Source: an uncultured Bacteroidota bacterium
Lineage (GTDB): Bacteria; CLD3; SB21
Direction of reading: 5' to 3'
DNA: 41,273 nucleotides
NCBI GenBank assembly: GCA_964544475.1
Contig: CAZJBS010000027.1
Span: forward strand, 1 to 41,273
Shown: piece by piece, positions 1 to 8,221 of the stretch
Numbering within the stretch: the stretch's first letter is position 1
Layout: each line of letters opens with the position of its first letter
Program-made: the position numbers and the translations under genes
Notes under the pieces: model-generated
What the model was told of the DNA's origin: nothing
What the model saw: the letters and a program-made list of their open reading frames with translations, nothing else
The model's database searches: none

Positions 1-27
1 CTAGTCCAGCGGTTTCGGTTTGTTGCC

Positions 28-65
28 AGAGGCTGCCCGCCAAGTCCGGACAGCCTCTTTTTTTT
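28..65 (+). terminator. Rho-independent terminator-like hairpin at the window start, presumably ending an upstream + strand gene
   Basis: Inverted repeat AGAGGCTG (28-35) and CAGCCTCT (51-58) followed by a run of 8 T (58-65). Confidence 0.5.
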
Positions 66-81
66 CCAAAAGGCTCTCTCC

Positions 82-840
82 ATGATTTCAGATTTCCTGA
101 CCGGATTCAGATACATCTTCAGAGGATTCTCCTTCATCGCCGGTACACCGTTGTTGTGGAAATACATCATCCTCCCGCTGATCATCAATGGTGTCATTTT
201 TGGTTGCGGCTTCCTGGTTTTTCTATGGAAGCTACAGTCCATCATGGACCGTTATGTCGGCCGAGATGAGGTCTGGTCCTCTGTCCTGTACTATCTGGTA
301 GGATTTCTCATGCTTGTCATATTTGTGATTGCGGCATTCTATGTGTTCACTTTCGTCGGCAGCGTCATCGCGTCGCCTTTCAACGCCATGTTGTCAGAAA
401 AGATCGAAGAAACGTTGGCCGTCCAGGGCGAAACCAGGAAGGACGGATTTTTCAAATCGGCGGGCGGAGCCATCTGGATGGAATTCAAGAAGTGGCTCCT
501 GATGTTCGTCGGGTATCTGCCCTTTTTGTTATTCAGTATGATCCCGGTTCTCGGCCAGGTGATCGCAATTCCGCTGACCTTTGTTTATTCGGCCTTCGCC
601 ATGACTTTTCATTTTCTCGATTATACCATGGAACGCCATCAACGGAGCCTGCGGGAGCGATGCCGGCTGATCCTTTCGAGAAAGGCCATCTCATTCGGGT
701 TTGGATCCGCCTGCGTCTTGTTTGGAATTGTTCCTTTCATTAATTTGATCATAATACCCGTCTGCGTGACGGCCGGCGCGCTGATGTATCATACGACATT
801 ACATCCCGGCGACCAACCACCTTCCAAGGATACCCGATGA
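82..840 (+). CDS. cysZ: CysZ / EI24 family inner-membrane protein (putative sulfate permease CysZ-like)
   Basis: 252 aa polytopic membrane protein. Colinear similarity to E. coli CysZ blocks: YIILPLIINGVIF ~ FVILPLLVNILL; IASPFNAMLSEKIE ~ IAAPFNGLLAEQLE; VPFINLIIIPVCVTAGALMY ~ [20 protein letters not shown]. Stop overlaps the next start (ATGA). Confidence 0.75.
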   Translation: MISDFLTGFRYIFRGFSFIAGTPLLWKYIILPLIINGVIFGCGFLVFLWKLQSIMDRYVGRDEVWSSVLYYLVGFLMLVIFVIAAFYVFTFVGSVIASPFNAMLSEKIEETLAVQGETRKDGFFKSAGGAIWMEFKKWLLMFVGYLPFLLFSMIPVLGQVIAIPLTFVYSAFAMTFHFLDYTMERHQRSLRERCRLILSRKAISFGFGSACVLFGIVPFINLIIIPVCVTAGALMYHTTLHPGDQPPSKDTR

Positions 841-2351
841 ATCCAGTACTTATTGACGGCAACAGTCTCGATTTGGAGAAAATCGAAGATGCTTTGGAGA
901 GCGGTGCGGAATTGCGTCTGACGACGGCGGCCGCCGAGACGATCAGGAATTCCAGGGCGGTGATTGAGCATATCGTCAGGAGCGGCAACTTGGTCTATGG
1001 TGTCAATACGGGGTTTGGCAAATTCTCGGATGTCACCATTTCGGATGATCACATCGACCGGCTGCAGGAAAATCTCGTCGTTTCCCATGCAACGGGTGTC
1101 GGAGAGCCATTCGCGCCGCCCATAACTTCCGTGATGCTTATGCTGAAGGCCAATGGACTGGCCAAGGGTTACTCTGGCGCACGGCTGGAAGTCGTACAAA
1201 CTCTGTTGGATATGTACAACAACAGGGTGATCCCGGTCATACCTGAAAAAGGCTCCGTGGGCTCCAGCGGCGATCTGGCACCGTTGGCCCATCTGGCGCT
1301 GGTCATGATCGGGCGCGGTGAAGCCTGGCACCATGACCGCCGTCTTCCGGGAGAGCAGGCCATGCGGGAGGCCGGCCTCACACCGTTGCAACTCAAATCC
1401 AAGGAAGGCCTTGCCATTCTCAATGGAACCCAGACCATGACCGCCGTGGCCTGCATCAATGTGATCCGTGCCCTCAATCTCATCGAATGCGCCGACATTA
1501 TCGGCGCCATGTCTACGGAAGTACTGCTGTGCACCGATGCGGCCTTCGACGCACGGATTCATGAAGTCCGCCGGCAGGAAGGTCAGAAGGTCAGCGCAGA
1601 GAATCTCCGTACGCTTCTGGAAGGCAGTCCAATGATCAAGAGTCACGTGGACTGCGGTAAGGTCCAGGATGCGTATTCCGTCCGTTGCATGCCGCAGGTG
1701 CACGGCGCCAGCCGGGATACGGTGCAGTACGTCCGACAGATCGTCGAGCGGGAGATCAATGCGGCCACGGACAACCCGCTGGTATTCGCCGACCGTGGCG
1801 ATGTGGTGTCCGGAGGCAATTTTCACGGTCAGCCGGTGGCGCTCGTGATGGATTTCCTGGCCATTGCCATGGCTGAGATCGGCAATATTTCAGAACGTCG
1901 TATCGCGTGGATGATGGATGGCCATTTGAACGACGGATTGCCTGCGTTCCTGGCGAAAGACGGCGGTTTGAATTCCGGCTACATGATTGCCCAATACACG
2001 GCCGCCGCGCTGGTTTCGGAAAACAAATCGCTTTGCCATCCGGCCAGTGTGGATTCCATTCCGACGTCCGCGAATAAAGAAGACCACGTCAGTATGGGCA
2101 CGATCGGCGCCCGCCAGTGTCTCAAAGTGATCGAAAACGTCGAGACTATTCTGGCCATCGAATGGCTGTGTGCCGCACAGGCCGCGGATTTCAGATTGCC
2201 GGTCGCGCTGGCCCATCGTACCCGCCGCGCGTATGATGCGCTTCGGCGGGACGTGCCTCCGCTCGAAGTAGACCGCGTGACGTCCGTCGACATCAATGCG
2301 GCAACGGAATTGCTCCGACAAAAACAGTTGGTGAAGTCAGTGTGGGATTAG
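837..2351 (+). CDS. hutH: Histidine ammonia-lyase-like MIO-dependent ammonia-lyase (HAL/PAL family)
   Basis: 504 aa, colinear with HAL throughout: GVNTGFGKF, GSVGSSGDLAPLAH (MIO tripeptide region, SSG instead of the usual ASG), NGTQ, NPLVF, SGGNFHG, SANKEDHVSMG. No hutU/hutI/hutG nearby. Confidence 0.85.
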   Translation: MNPVLIDGNSLDLEKIEDALESGAELRLTTAAAETIRNSRAVIEHIVRSGNLVYGVNTGFGKFSDVTISDDHIDRLQENLVVSHATGVGEPFAPPITSVMLMLKANGLAKGYSGARLEVVQTLLDMYNNRVIPVIPEKGSVGSSGDLAPLAHLALVMIGRGEAWHHDRRLPGEQAMREAGLTPLQLKSKEGLAILNGTQTMTAVACINVIRALNLIECADIIGAMSTEVLLCTDAAFDARIHEVRRQEGQKVSAENLRTLLEGSPMIKSHVDCGKVQDAYSVRCMPQVHGASRDTVQYVRQIVEREINAATDNPLVFADRGDVVSGGNFHGQPVALVMDFLAIAMAEIGNISERRIAWMMDGHLNDGLPAFLAKDGGLNSGYMIAQYTAAALVSENKSLCHPASVDSIPTSANKEDHVSMGTIGARQCLKVIENVETILAIEWLCAAQAADFRLPVALAHRTRRAYDALRRDVPPLEVDRVTSVDINAATELLRQKQLVKSVWD

Positions 2352-2359
2352 CGATGGCG

Positions 2360-3301
2360 CTACCAGTTCACGACGACGTGGTATAGGCCGAGAACCACTC
2401 CGGCCATGCGATTATAGTCCAATGTCTCTTTCGTATCAGTCGGTTCATGGTAGTGGGGGTTTCTCATGAATGCCGTATCTGTAATCATGACAGCCTGATA
2501 GCCGAATTTCCAGTAATTCAAATGATCTGAAAAATCCACGCCTTTGATAAAACCGGGTGCGCTGATGGATGATACGGGCAGGGAACCTGCCATTTCCATG
2601 AAGTCACGGACTCGTCCCACCGTACGCCCCTGCCCGAATTTCCCGACCACGGCAATGAAATTCCCCGTGGCCGGGTAAAACCAATCGAGGAAGAATATCG
2701 GATACGATTGGGATTCGGATTCATCCGAAAAGAAACCGATCATCTCGACGCTCATCATCAGGGCCACGTCGGCGTTTGAATCCGCGAGACGCTGAGCGTG
2801 CATAAAACTGCCCATGGATTCCGTTCGAAAAAAGGGTGGCTCTTCAAGAGCGTAGGCCACCAATTCCACGCGATGCGATAAGCCGGGTTTGTGTTCATTG
2901 AGCAGCGTGGCTAGTTCCAACAACCCCGCCACGCCACTCGCGTTGTCATCCGCGCCGGGTTGGTCACCGCATACGTCATAGTGAGCCCCAACGACAATTC
3001 GCGGCGCACCGGGCGGACCGAATTCGGCCATAATATTGTGGTAATCGTGGCCTTGGACAGAAAAAGACTGGCGACTGACGTCGCAATCCAGTTGCCGGAA
3101 CGTATTCTCGATAAACCGGGCCGCGCTGTCCATGGAGGCGGGATTCAGGTAATTCCGGTGCGGCACGATACCGGTCAATACGGTCACGTCGTGCTCCAGT
3201 CGTGCTTTCGATGGTACGATACCGGATGGGCTCTGAGCCGCCACATATGGCCATCCCAGAAGCATCATCAACATGCACCTATGAATCCTGCCAATCATCA
3301 T
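2360..3301 (-). CDS. M28 family zinc aminopeptidase, secreted (signal peptide)
   Basis: 313 aa. N-terminal hydrophobic signal (MLMMLLGWPYVAAQS). M28 motifs: VVGAHYD...GADDNASGVAGLLELA, EE pair (YALEEPPFF), downstream His region. Convergent with the HAL-like gene. Confidence 0.8.
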   Translation of the reverse strand: MMIGRIHRCMLMMLLGWPYVAAQSPSGIVPSKARLEHDVTVLTGIVPHRNYLNPASMDSAARFIENTFRQLDCDVSRQSFSVQGHDYHNIMAEFGPPGAPRIVVGAHYDVCGDQPGADDNASGVAGLLELATLLNEHKPGLSHRVELVAYALEEPPFFRTESMGSFMHAQRLADSNADVALMMSVEMIGFFSDESESQSYPIFFLDWFYPATGNFIAVVGKFGQGRTVGRVRDFMEMAGSLPVSSISAPGFIKGVDFSDHLNYWKFGYQAVMITDTAFMRNPHYHEPTDTKETLDYNRMAGVVLGLYHVVVNW

Positions 3302-3390
3302 GAAACCTGTCTAAATCATAGCGTCGTCGAACAATACGTACACCAATCCGTATTTGCGACGCCAATTCGCCCCGATCTCGCCGTGACAGA

Positions 3391-4317
3391 TCAGGACTGC
3401 GAAGAACCCTTTTGCTTTTCATTGACTTCACCGGACACAATCATCGCATCGCGAATCTGATCGGCCACGGCCGAGAGCCCGCCCGGAGAATGCGGAATAA
3501 GGATCGTGTTGGTTGTGGAATTTTCTCCCAACGACTGCAGCGTGTCAAAATACTGCGTCATCAGCACGAGCGTCATCACATCCTTGGCCGTCGAACCTTC
3601 AACGGCCTGCTGGAATTGTTCAACCGAATCGCGCAAGCCCTCGATGATGGCTTTGCGCTGGTCCGCAATGCCTTTGCCCTGCAGCGCTTTGCTCTGCGCT
3701 TCTGCCTCCGCCGCCTTGACCTTGAGAATACGTTCCGCTTCGCCCTTTTCGGTCGCGGCCATGCGCATGCGTGTCGCAGCGTTGATTTCGTTCATGGCTT
3801 CCTTGACTTTGTCGTCCGGATCGATATCCGTGACCAGCGCATTGAGAATGTCATACCCGAAGGCTCCCATGGTGGTGTGCAGTTCCGACTTCACGGCATC
3901 GGCTATTTCATCTTTCTTCTCAAACACGTCATCCAATTTCATCTTGGGCACGCGGGCGCGTACGAGATCAAAAATATACGATGTGACCTGCTGTTGTACG
4001 TTGGTGAGCCGGTAATAGGCGTCATACACCTTTTCTGCCACCACAAACATCTGAACGGATACTTTCAGATGAACGAAAACGTCGTCCGATGTTTTGGTTT
4101 CGACGACCACGTCCAATTGCTGGACCCGCATATTCATACGAGTCACGAGCTTGTCCATGATGGGCACCCGGACATGCAAGCCCGGCGGAACCAATCTTCT
4201 GAATTTTCCAAAGCGTTCAATCACACCAATGGTTTGCTGCTTGATGACAAAAAAAGCCGACAGAAGAAACAGGAATACGAGGAAACCGGCAATGGCAAAA
4301 CAAACTAGCGCTTCCAT
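3391..4317 (-). CDS. SPFH/band-7 (stomatin/prohibitin/HflKC-like) membrane protein
   Basis: 308 aa. N-terminal TM helix (FAIAGFLVFLFLLSAFFVI), SPFH core (VIERFGKF...VPPGLHVRVPIMDKL), Ala/Glu-rich coiled-coil C-terminus (RILKVKAAEAEAQSKALQGKGIADQRKAI). Confidence 0.85.
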   Translation of the reverse strand: MEALVCFAIAGFLVFLFLLSAFFVIKQQTIGVIERFGKFRRLVPPGLHVRVPIMDKLVTRMNMRVQQLDVVVETKTSDDVFVHLKVSVQMFVVAEKVYDAYYRLTNVQQQVTSYIFDLVRARVPKMKLDDVFEKKDEIADAVKSELHTTMGAFGYDILNALVTDIDPDDKVKEAMNEINAATRMRMAATEKGEAERILKVKAAEAEAQSKALQGKGIADQRKAIIEGLRDSVEQFQQAVEGSTAKDVMTLVLMTQYFDTLQSLGENSTTNTILIPHSPGGLSAVADQIRDAMIVSGEVNEKQKGSSQS

Positions 4318-4434
4318 GATAATGCTCCCGATTTGGTGAATGGGAAATGTCCGAACAGCGAAGCAAAGTTAGAAAAAAGAATGGATATTAACTACACTAA
4401 TTTCTACTTTGACCGCGCTCAAAAAGGATCTGGC

Positions 4435-5331
4435 ATGATCGCTGATATCGCATTCGAACTCCAACCACGGACATCCGCGCCACTTCTTCAGGCCGGGCTT
4501 GCCTTATTCACCTGTCCGGAATGCGGTGGCGGGCAGTTGACCCTGTACCGGGATGAATCCCTGGATCTGCACGTGGTTTCTCACGCCGTCGTGGTTTGTG
4601 AAAACTGCAAAAAATGCTTCAATTACGAGCAAGGCATACTAATTCTTCATCCCGAACGTCCGGCTTTTCTCACGGTGGCCCAGCGGTCGAATTTTGTCTG
4701 GCCGGTGTTCACCTATTACCAGTCCTTATGGCGTTCGTGGTGTTTGTCGCTTTTCATGGCTCATCGATTTCCCAACGCGGACGAATCGGAGAAACTCATA
4801 CGTCTCATTGATTGGGATTCGCTGCCGGAAGACCCCGTCTTTGTCGATCTCGGCACCAGCCACGGATTCTATGCCACAACCATTGCCGGACATCTTCGTC
4901 AAATGAACAAACGGGGATTGGTCATTGCCTTTGATTTTTCACTGCCCATGTTAAAACAGGCCACTCAACGGGCGCAAGAAATGGGATTGGCGGACCGAAT
5001 CCTCTGGGTCTCGGCCGACGTGCAAAAGAATCCCCTGAAGCCGGCGGGGGTCGACCGGATTACGTGTGGCGGCGGACTCAATGAATACGGTCGGCCGGAT
5101 GTGGTTCTTCAGGAAGTCACACGCCTGTTGAACCATCGCGGCGCGTTTGTCGGCATGTTTCTGCAGCGGGGACCGGGACTGATCGGGTTGGTACAGGACC
5201 TCGTCCATCACGTTACCGGCCTGCGGTTTTTGTCGAAAACTCATTGGCACGATCATTTTGCAAAATCGGGTTTGCGTATCGTGTCCGATGAATGTAAGGG
5301 TATCGTGCGATTCACCGTGGCCCGGCGATGA
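4435..5331 (+). CDS. Class I SAM-dependent methyltransferase with N-terminal Trm112-like zinc-ribbon domain
   Basis: CPECGG...LHVVSHAVVVCENCKKCF (Trm112/DUF343-like Cys pairs) followed by a Rossmann MTase core (VFVDLGTSHGFY, VIAFDFSLPML, RITCGGGLNEYG). ATG at 4435 has AAGGA 6 nt upstream; the ORF is open from 4333 (alternative start). Confidence 0.7.
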   Translation: MIADIAFELQPRTSAPLLQAGLALFTCPECGGGQLTLYRDESLDLHVVSHAVVVCENCKKCFNYEQGILILHPERPAFLTVAQRSNFVWPVFTYYQSLWRSWCLSLFMAHRFPNADESEKLIRLIDWDSLPEDPVFVDLGTSHGFYATTIAGHLRQMNKRGLVIAFDFSLPMLKQATQRAQEMGLADRILWVSADVQKNPLKPAGVDRITCGGGLNEYGRPDVVLQEVTRLLNHRGAFVGMFLQRGPGLIGLVQDLVHHVTGLRFLSKTHWHDHFAKSGLRIVSDECKGIVRFTVARR

Positions 5332-5675
5332 CATGGGAAATGAGGATGGCGCAGGAACTGGCGCTGGCGGAAAAAGCCCTGGAGGAAGGCAACGACGGCA
5401 AAGCCCGCGCATGCGCCAGAAGAGCCGCCGGTGTCGTTATTGCGCAGTATAACGTGACTTATCCGGAAAGAGAACTGAGGGGCTCAACCGCCATCGAGCG
5501 ACTGCGTTCGACCGCCGCCGACATCAAGCTTCCTGAATCCGTCCGCCAAGCCGCCCGTCGCCTGACAACCAATGTCAACCAAAGGCTCTCGGCTGAATTC
5601 ACACTGAACCCCGTTCTTGATGCCCGCATTCTGGTTGTGTATTTTTCAAAGGCCATCCAGGAGAAATCCTCCTGA
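5328..5675 (+). CDS. Small hypothetical helical protein, translationally coupled to the upstream methyltransferase
   Basis: 115 aa. Start overlaps the MTase stop (ATGA at 5328-5331). Ala/Arg-rich predicted helical protein (AQELALAEKALEEGNDGKARACARRAAGVVIAQY). No recognised motif. Confidence 0.45.
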   Translation: MTWEMRMAQELALAEKALEEGNDGKARACARRAAGVVIAQYNVTYPERELRGSTAIERLRSTAADIKLPESVRQAARRLTTNVNQRLSAEFTLNPVLDARILVVYFSKAIQEKSS

Positions 5676-5713
5676 CCCTACGGTCAAGACGTTGCAATCG
5701 AGTTTGCCCGGGG

Positions 5714-6379
5714 TTACTTGGATTTTTGAATGGTGCCCTCAATCGAAACAGAGATGGTCGATTCCGAAGAATAATTGATGACGCCCAGCTTGCGCCACGC
5801 CCGAATGGTAATGGTGCGCAGGCCATTTTCCTGGCTGATCGGCCATGACCAATTGAACGTTGTAGCGCCGATCCACCGATTCATAAGTGAATTTTCAATC
5901 AAGAGATGAATACTATCGGCCGGAGTCGCCGTGCCGCTAATCGTAACCGGTCCGCTGGTTGAGGCAATGTAGGCGCCATTAGATGGGCTCACGAATGTAA
6001 TGACAGGATTCGCCGTCTGGGTCACGGAGATGGCCACGCTTTTCGTCGCACTCTTTCCGGATTCATTCGTAACCCTCAATGTGACATCATAAGTGCCGGG
6101 GGTCGACGGGGCCTCCCAGTGTACAACTGGGCCGGTCAGGTCGGCGTCCATAAAATTCCCGGCTTCCTTGGTCCAGACATACGTCAAATCCTCACCCTGG
6201 GGGTCCCTCGCTTCGCCGGTGATGGTGGTTGTTTCGTTCACCGGTACACTGGATGGATTGGCCGTGACGCGATCAATGATGGGTCTCTCCGCGTCGTTGT
6301 CCTTGTCGGGACCCAGTTTGCAGGAAACGCCGAGGGCCAGCACAAGGCTGATCCATAGGGTGACAAATCGTGCGTTCAT
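5714..6379 (-). CDS. PKD/Ig-like domain lipoprotein
   Basis: 221 aa. Signal plus lipobox (LALGVSC). PKD-like motif (TYVWTKEAGNF...WEAPSTPGTYDVTLRVTNESG) and a second Ig-like region. Confidence 0.7.
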   Translation of the reverse strand: MNARFVTLWISLVLALGVSCKLGPDKDNDAERPIIDRVTANPSSVPVNETTTITGEARDPQGEDLTYVWTKEAGNFMDADLTGPVVHWEAPSTPGTYDVTLRVTNESGKSATKSVAISVTQTANPVITFVSPSNGAYIASTSGPVTISGTATPADSIHLLIENSLMNRWIGATTFNWSWPISQENGLRTITIRAWRKLGVINYSSESTISVSIEGTIQKSK

Positions 6380-6391
6380 ATCATGCCTCTT

Positions 6392-7180
6392 TCACAGTTC
6401 AGAAATGGCTGCCTGCAGTATGCGCTTGGAAGCGCCCTCTTTGATCAAAATAATAACACTAAGGTCGCCCACATTCATACCGGCCGGTATGTCCCACGTC
6501 TTCTGGGGCATCTCGTAAATTTCTCCGGCCAGGATTGTGGTGACCGTTTCTTTCGTAAGATGACGGCGAACCGTATACCGGAGGGAGTCTCCCAGAGACT
6601 GGACAATCATGTACTCCACTTCCAGATTAGAGATGTCACTGTCGCCAAACCGGACTATCCTGGCATCCATTTGCAGCGTGTTGCCGCTACGAACCACGTC
6701 CGGCTGGCAGTACAACTTCACTTTCTTCAAGGTGAGCGTGTCCAGTATCGTCTTGTAACGGGACCGGGCCACTTCCTTGGATGAAGCCCCCTGGATCCAA
6801 AGGTGCTTGCCATTGAAGAAGACATGAGGAAAACCTCGACTGACGGAAGCGGGCTTGTACTCGTTGTTGTACCGAAGCGTGTCGTCGGCCCTTGCCAGCG
6901 AGTCCCGGTTGGTCTCGTGCCATGGCGCCATGTGGTATTCGAGTATGATCAGCCGGTCCTCGTATTCGGCTTTTAGATCGTACAAGGCGCTCTGCGAATT
7001 CCAAACCACGGAAGGCGTTGTATTCAGATTCGTATATCGCACGACGAAATTCTCGGCCACGGCAATTTGTGTCGCTTCGGCTCTTGGGTTTTTGGGGTCA
7101 TACGCGTTGTCGTGGACCAGATCACCGCAGCCCGCAAGCGCGATGGCAGTCAGAAGCAGAATTGTCCGCACCATAGCCAT
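6392..7180 (-). CDS. Hypothetical lipoprotein
   Basis: Lipobox LAGCG after hydrophobic stretch MAMVRTILLLTAIA. Likely start at the internal Met (7180); the ORF is open to 7234. No recognised catalytic motif. Confidence 0.55.
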   Translation of the reverse strand: MAMVRTILLLTAIALAGCGDLVHDNAYDPKNPRAEATQIAVAENFVVRYTNLNTTPSVVWNSQSALYDLKAEYEDRLIILEYHMAPWHETNRDSLARADDTLRYNNEYKPASVSRGFPHVFFNGKHLWIQGASSKEVARSRYKTILDTLTLKKVKLYCQPDVVRSGNTLQMDARIVRFGDSDISNLEVEYMIVQSLGDSLRYTVRRHLTKETVTTILAGEIYEMPQKTWDIPAGMNVGDLSVIILIKEGASKRILQAAISEL

Positions 7181-7182
7181 TC

Positions 7183-8040
7183 CTAAAATCTGAAGTTCAT
7201 TTGGATGCCGCCTTGCACGGATGACCCTTGCCACGTCATGGTTGGCAGAATGGAAACCGTCCCATCATCCGCGATCACTTCGAGTTTTGAAGCCCGGTTC
7301 TTGAGTAAACAGGTCACATACGCGGCCAACGAAACGGCCGTCAGGGAAGCGACGAAAACACTGCCCTTCTTCCAGCCATCGGCCTTCTTGTAAAGCGAAT
7401 TGATCTTGTTGAGATCGCGCGACGATTGATATTCGTCTTTTGTTTTCTTGGCCTGATTGAAGGCCACGCCGGTGAGTAGGCCAAGTGACACCGTTGAAAC
7501 AAAAAAAGGCATCACAGGGGCGCCTTTCAACGCTATCCTGGATAGACGGTGGCCTCCACCCGTCAAACCGAATCCAATGTTGGTGGCCAGAAGGCGGGCC
7601 GCCTCCGTACCGTTCTTGGCCGACGGCAGGATCGCCTTCTCGGCCAGGACTTTTCCTGACGACACCTGCATCACCGATACGTCAACCCTTATCTGATCGC
7701 CGACTTCCGTTACATCCCCGGTGATCACGTAGTCGGCTCCCAGCAAATCGCCGACTTTGGCCTGTTTGTCCTTGTCATCCGCCAGATCGCTCAGAACAAA
7801 ATCCTGCTCTTTGATGATGTCCTCGATCCGTTGTCTTTCGACGACGGTCATCGATTTCTTTTGGGCCAATTCCGTCTTGAGCAGGACCGGAAAGGACCTG
7901 GAAAATTCGTCCAGGTAGAATTTGCCGGAAGAGTTATTGAAATTCAGAACGGCGACAACCGGACCGGTGGCCTGGGCCATCAATGACGCATGAATGCAAA
8001 CAACGAGAGCGGGCCCGATAAACCATTTCCTGTTGAACAT
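7183..8040 (-). CDS. CsgG/LpoB/TolB-N-like periplasmic domain protein with C-terminal TM helices
   Basis: Start taken at the internal Met MFNRKWF (signal peptide ...ASLMAQA); the ORF is open to 8163. CsgG-family-type N-domain pattern: VAVLNFNNSSG...VVERQRIEDIIKEQ...LLGADYVITGDVTE...VDVSVMQVSSGKVL. Two hydrophobic helices near the C-terminus. Confidence 0.6.
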   Translation of the reverse strand: MFNRKWFIGPALVVCIHASLMAQATGPVVAVLNFNNSSGKFYLDEFSRSFPVLLKTELAQKKSMTVVERQRIEDIIKEQDFVLSDLADDKDKQAKVGDLLGADYVITGDVTEVGDQIRVDVSVMQVSSGKVLAEKAILPSAKNGTEAARLLATNIGFGLTGGGHRLSRIALKGAPVMPFFVSTVSLGLLTGVAFNQAKKTKDEYQSSRDLNKINSLYKKADGWKKGSVFVASLTAVSLAAYVTCLLKNRASKLEVIADDGTVSILPTMTWQGSSVQGGIQMNFRF

Positions 8041-8221
8041 AATTTTAGCAACCTTGATGCGGTTATTCAGAATGCTGATGAATGAACGAAAGCCAGCGCA
8101 GGTAAATCGTTTGCATTTATGGAGAGACCGGTTTATCTTGACGGCCACTTTCTCATATGCCAAACGAGTTCCTGGGCAAAAAATGCTTACAAGTTACTAA
8201 TTTATCAAGCAATTTCTCGGC

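Noticed and set aside
3302-3390. Possible terminator hairpin between the M28 peptidase and SPFH genes
   Set aside because: Only an imperfect inverted repeat (GTCGTCGAACAATACG / CGTATTTGCGAC) with no U-tract. Too weak to call.
3412-4308. 298-aa + strand ORF
   Set aside because: It lies antisense within the well-supported SPFH gene. The translation is Arg/His-rich low-complexity sequence typical of a GC-skew shadow ORF.
5328-5675. Small ORF as HEPN/antitoxin-type defense component
   Set aside because: It has no Rx4-6H HEPN motif and no partner nucleotidyltransferase or toxin. Kept only as a hypothetical protein coupled to the methyltransferase.
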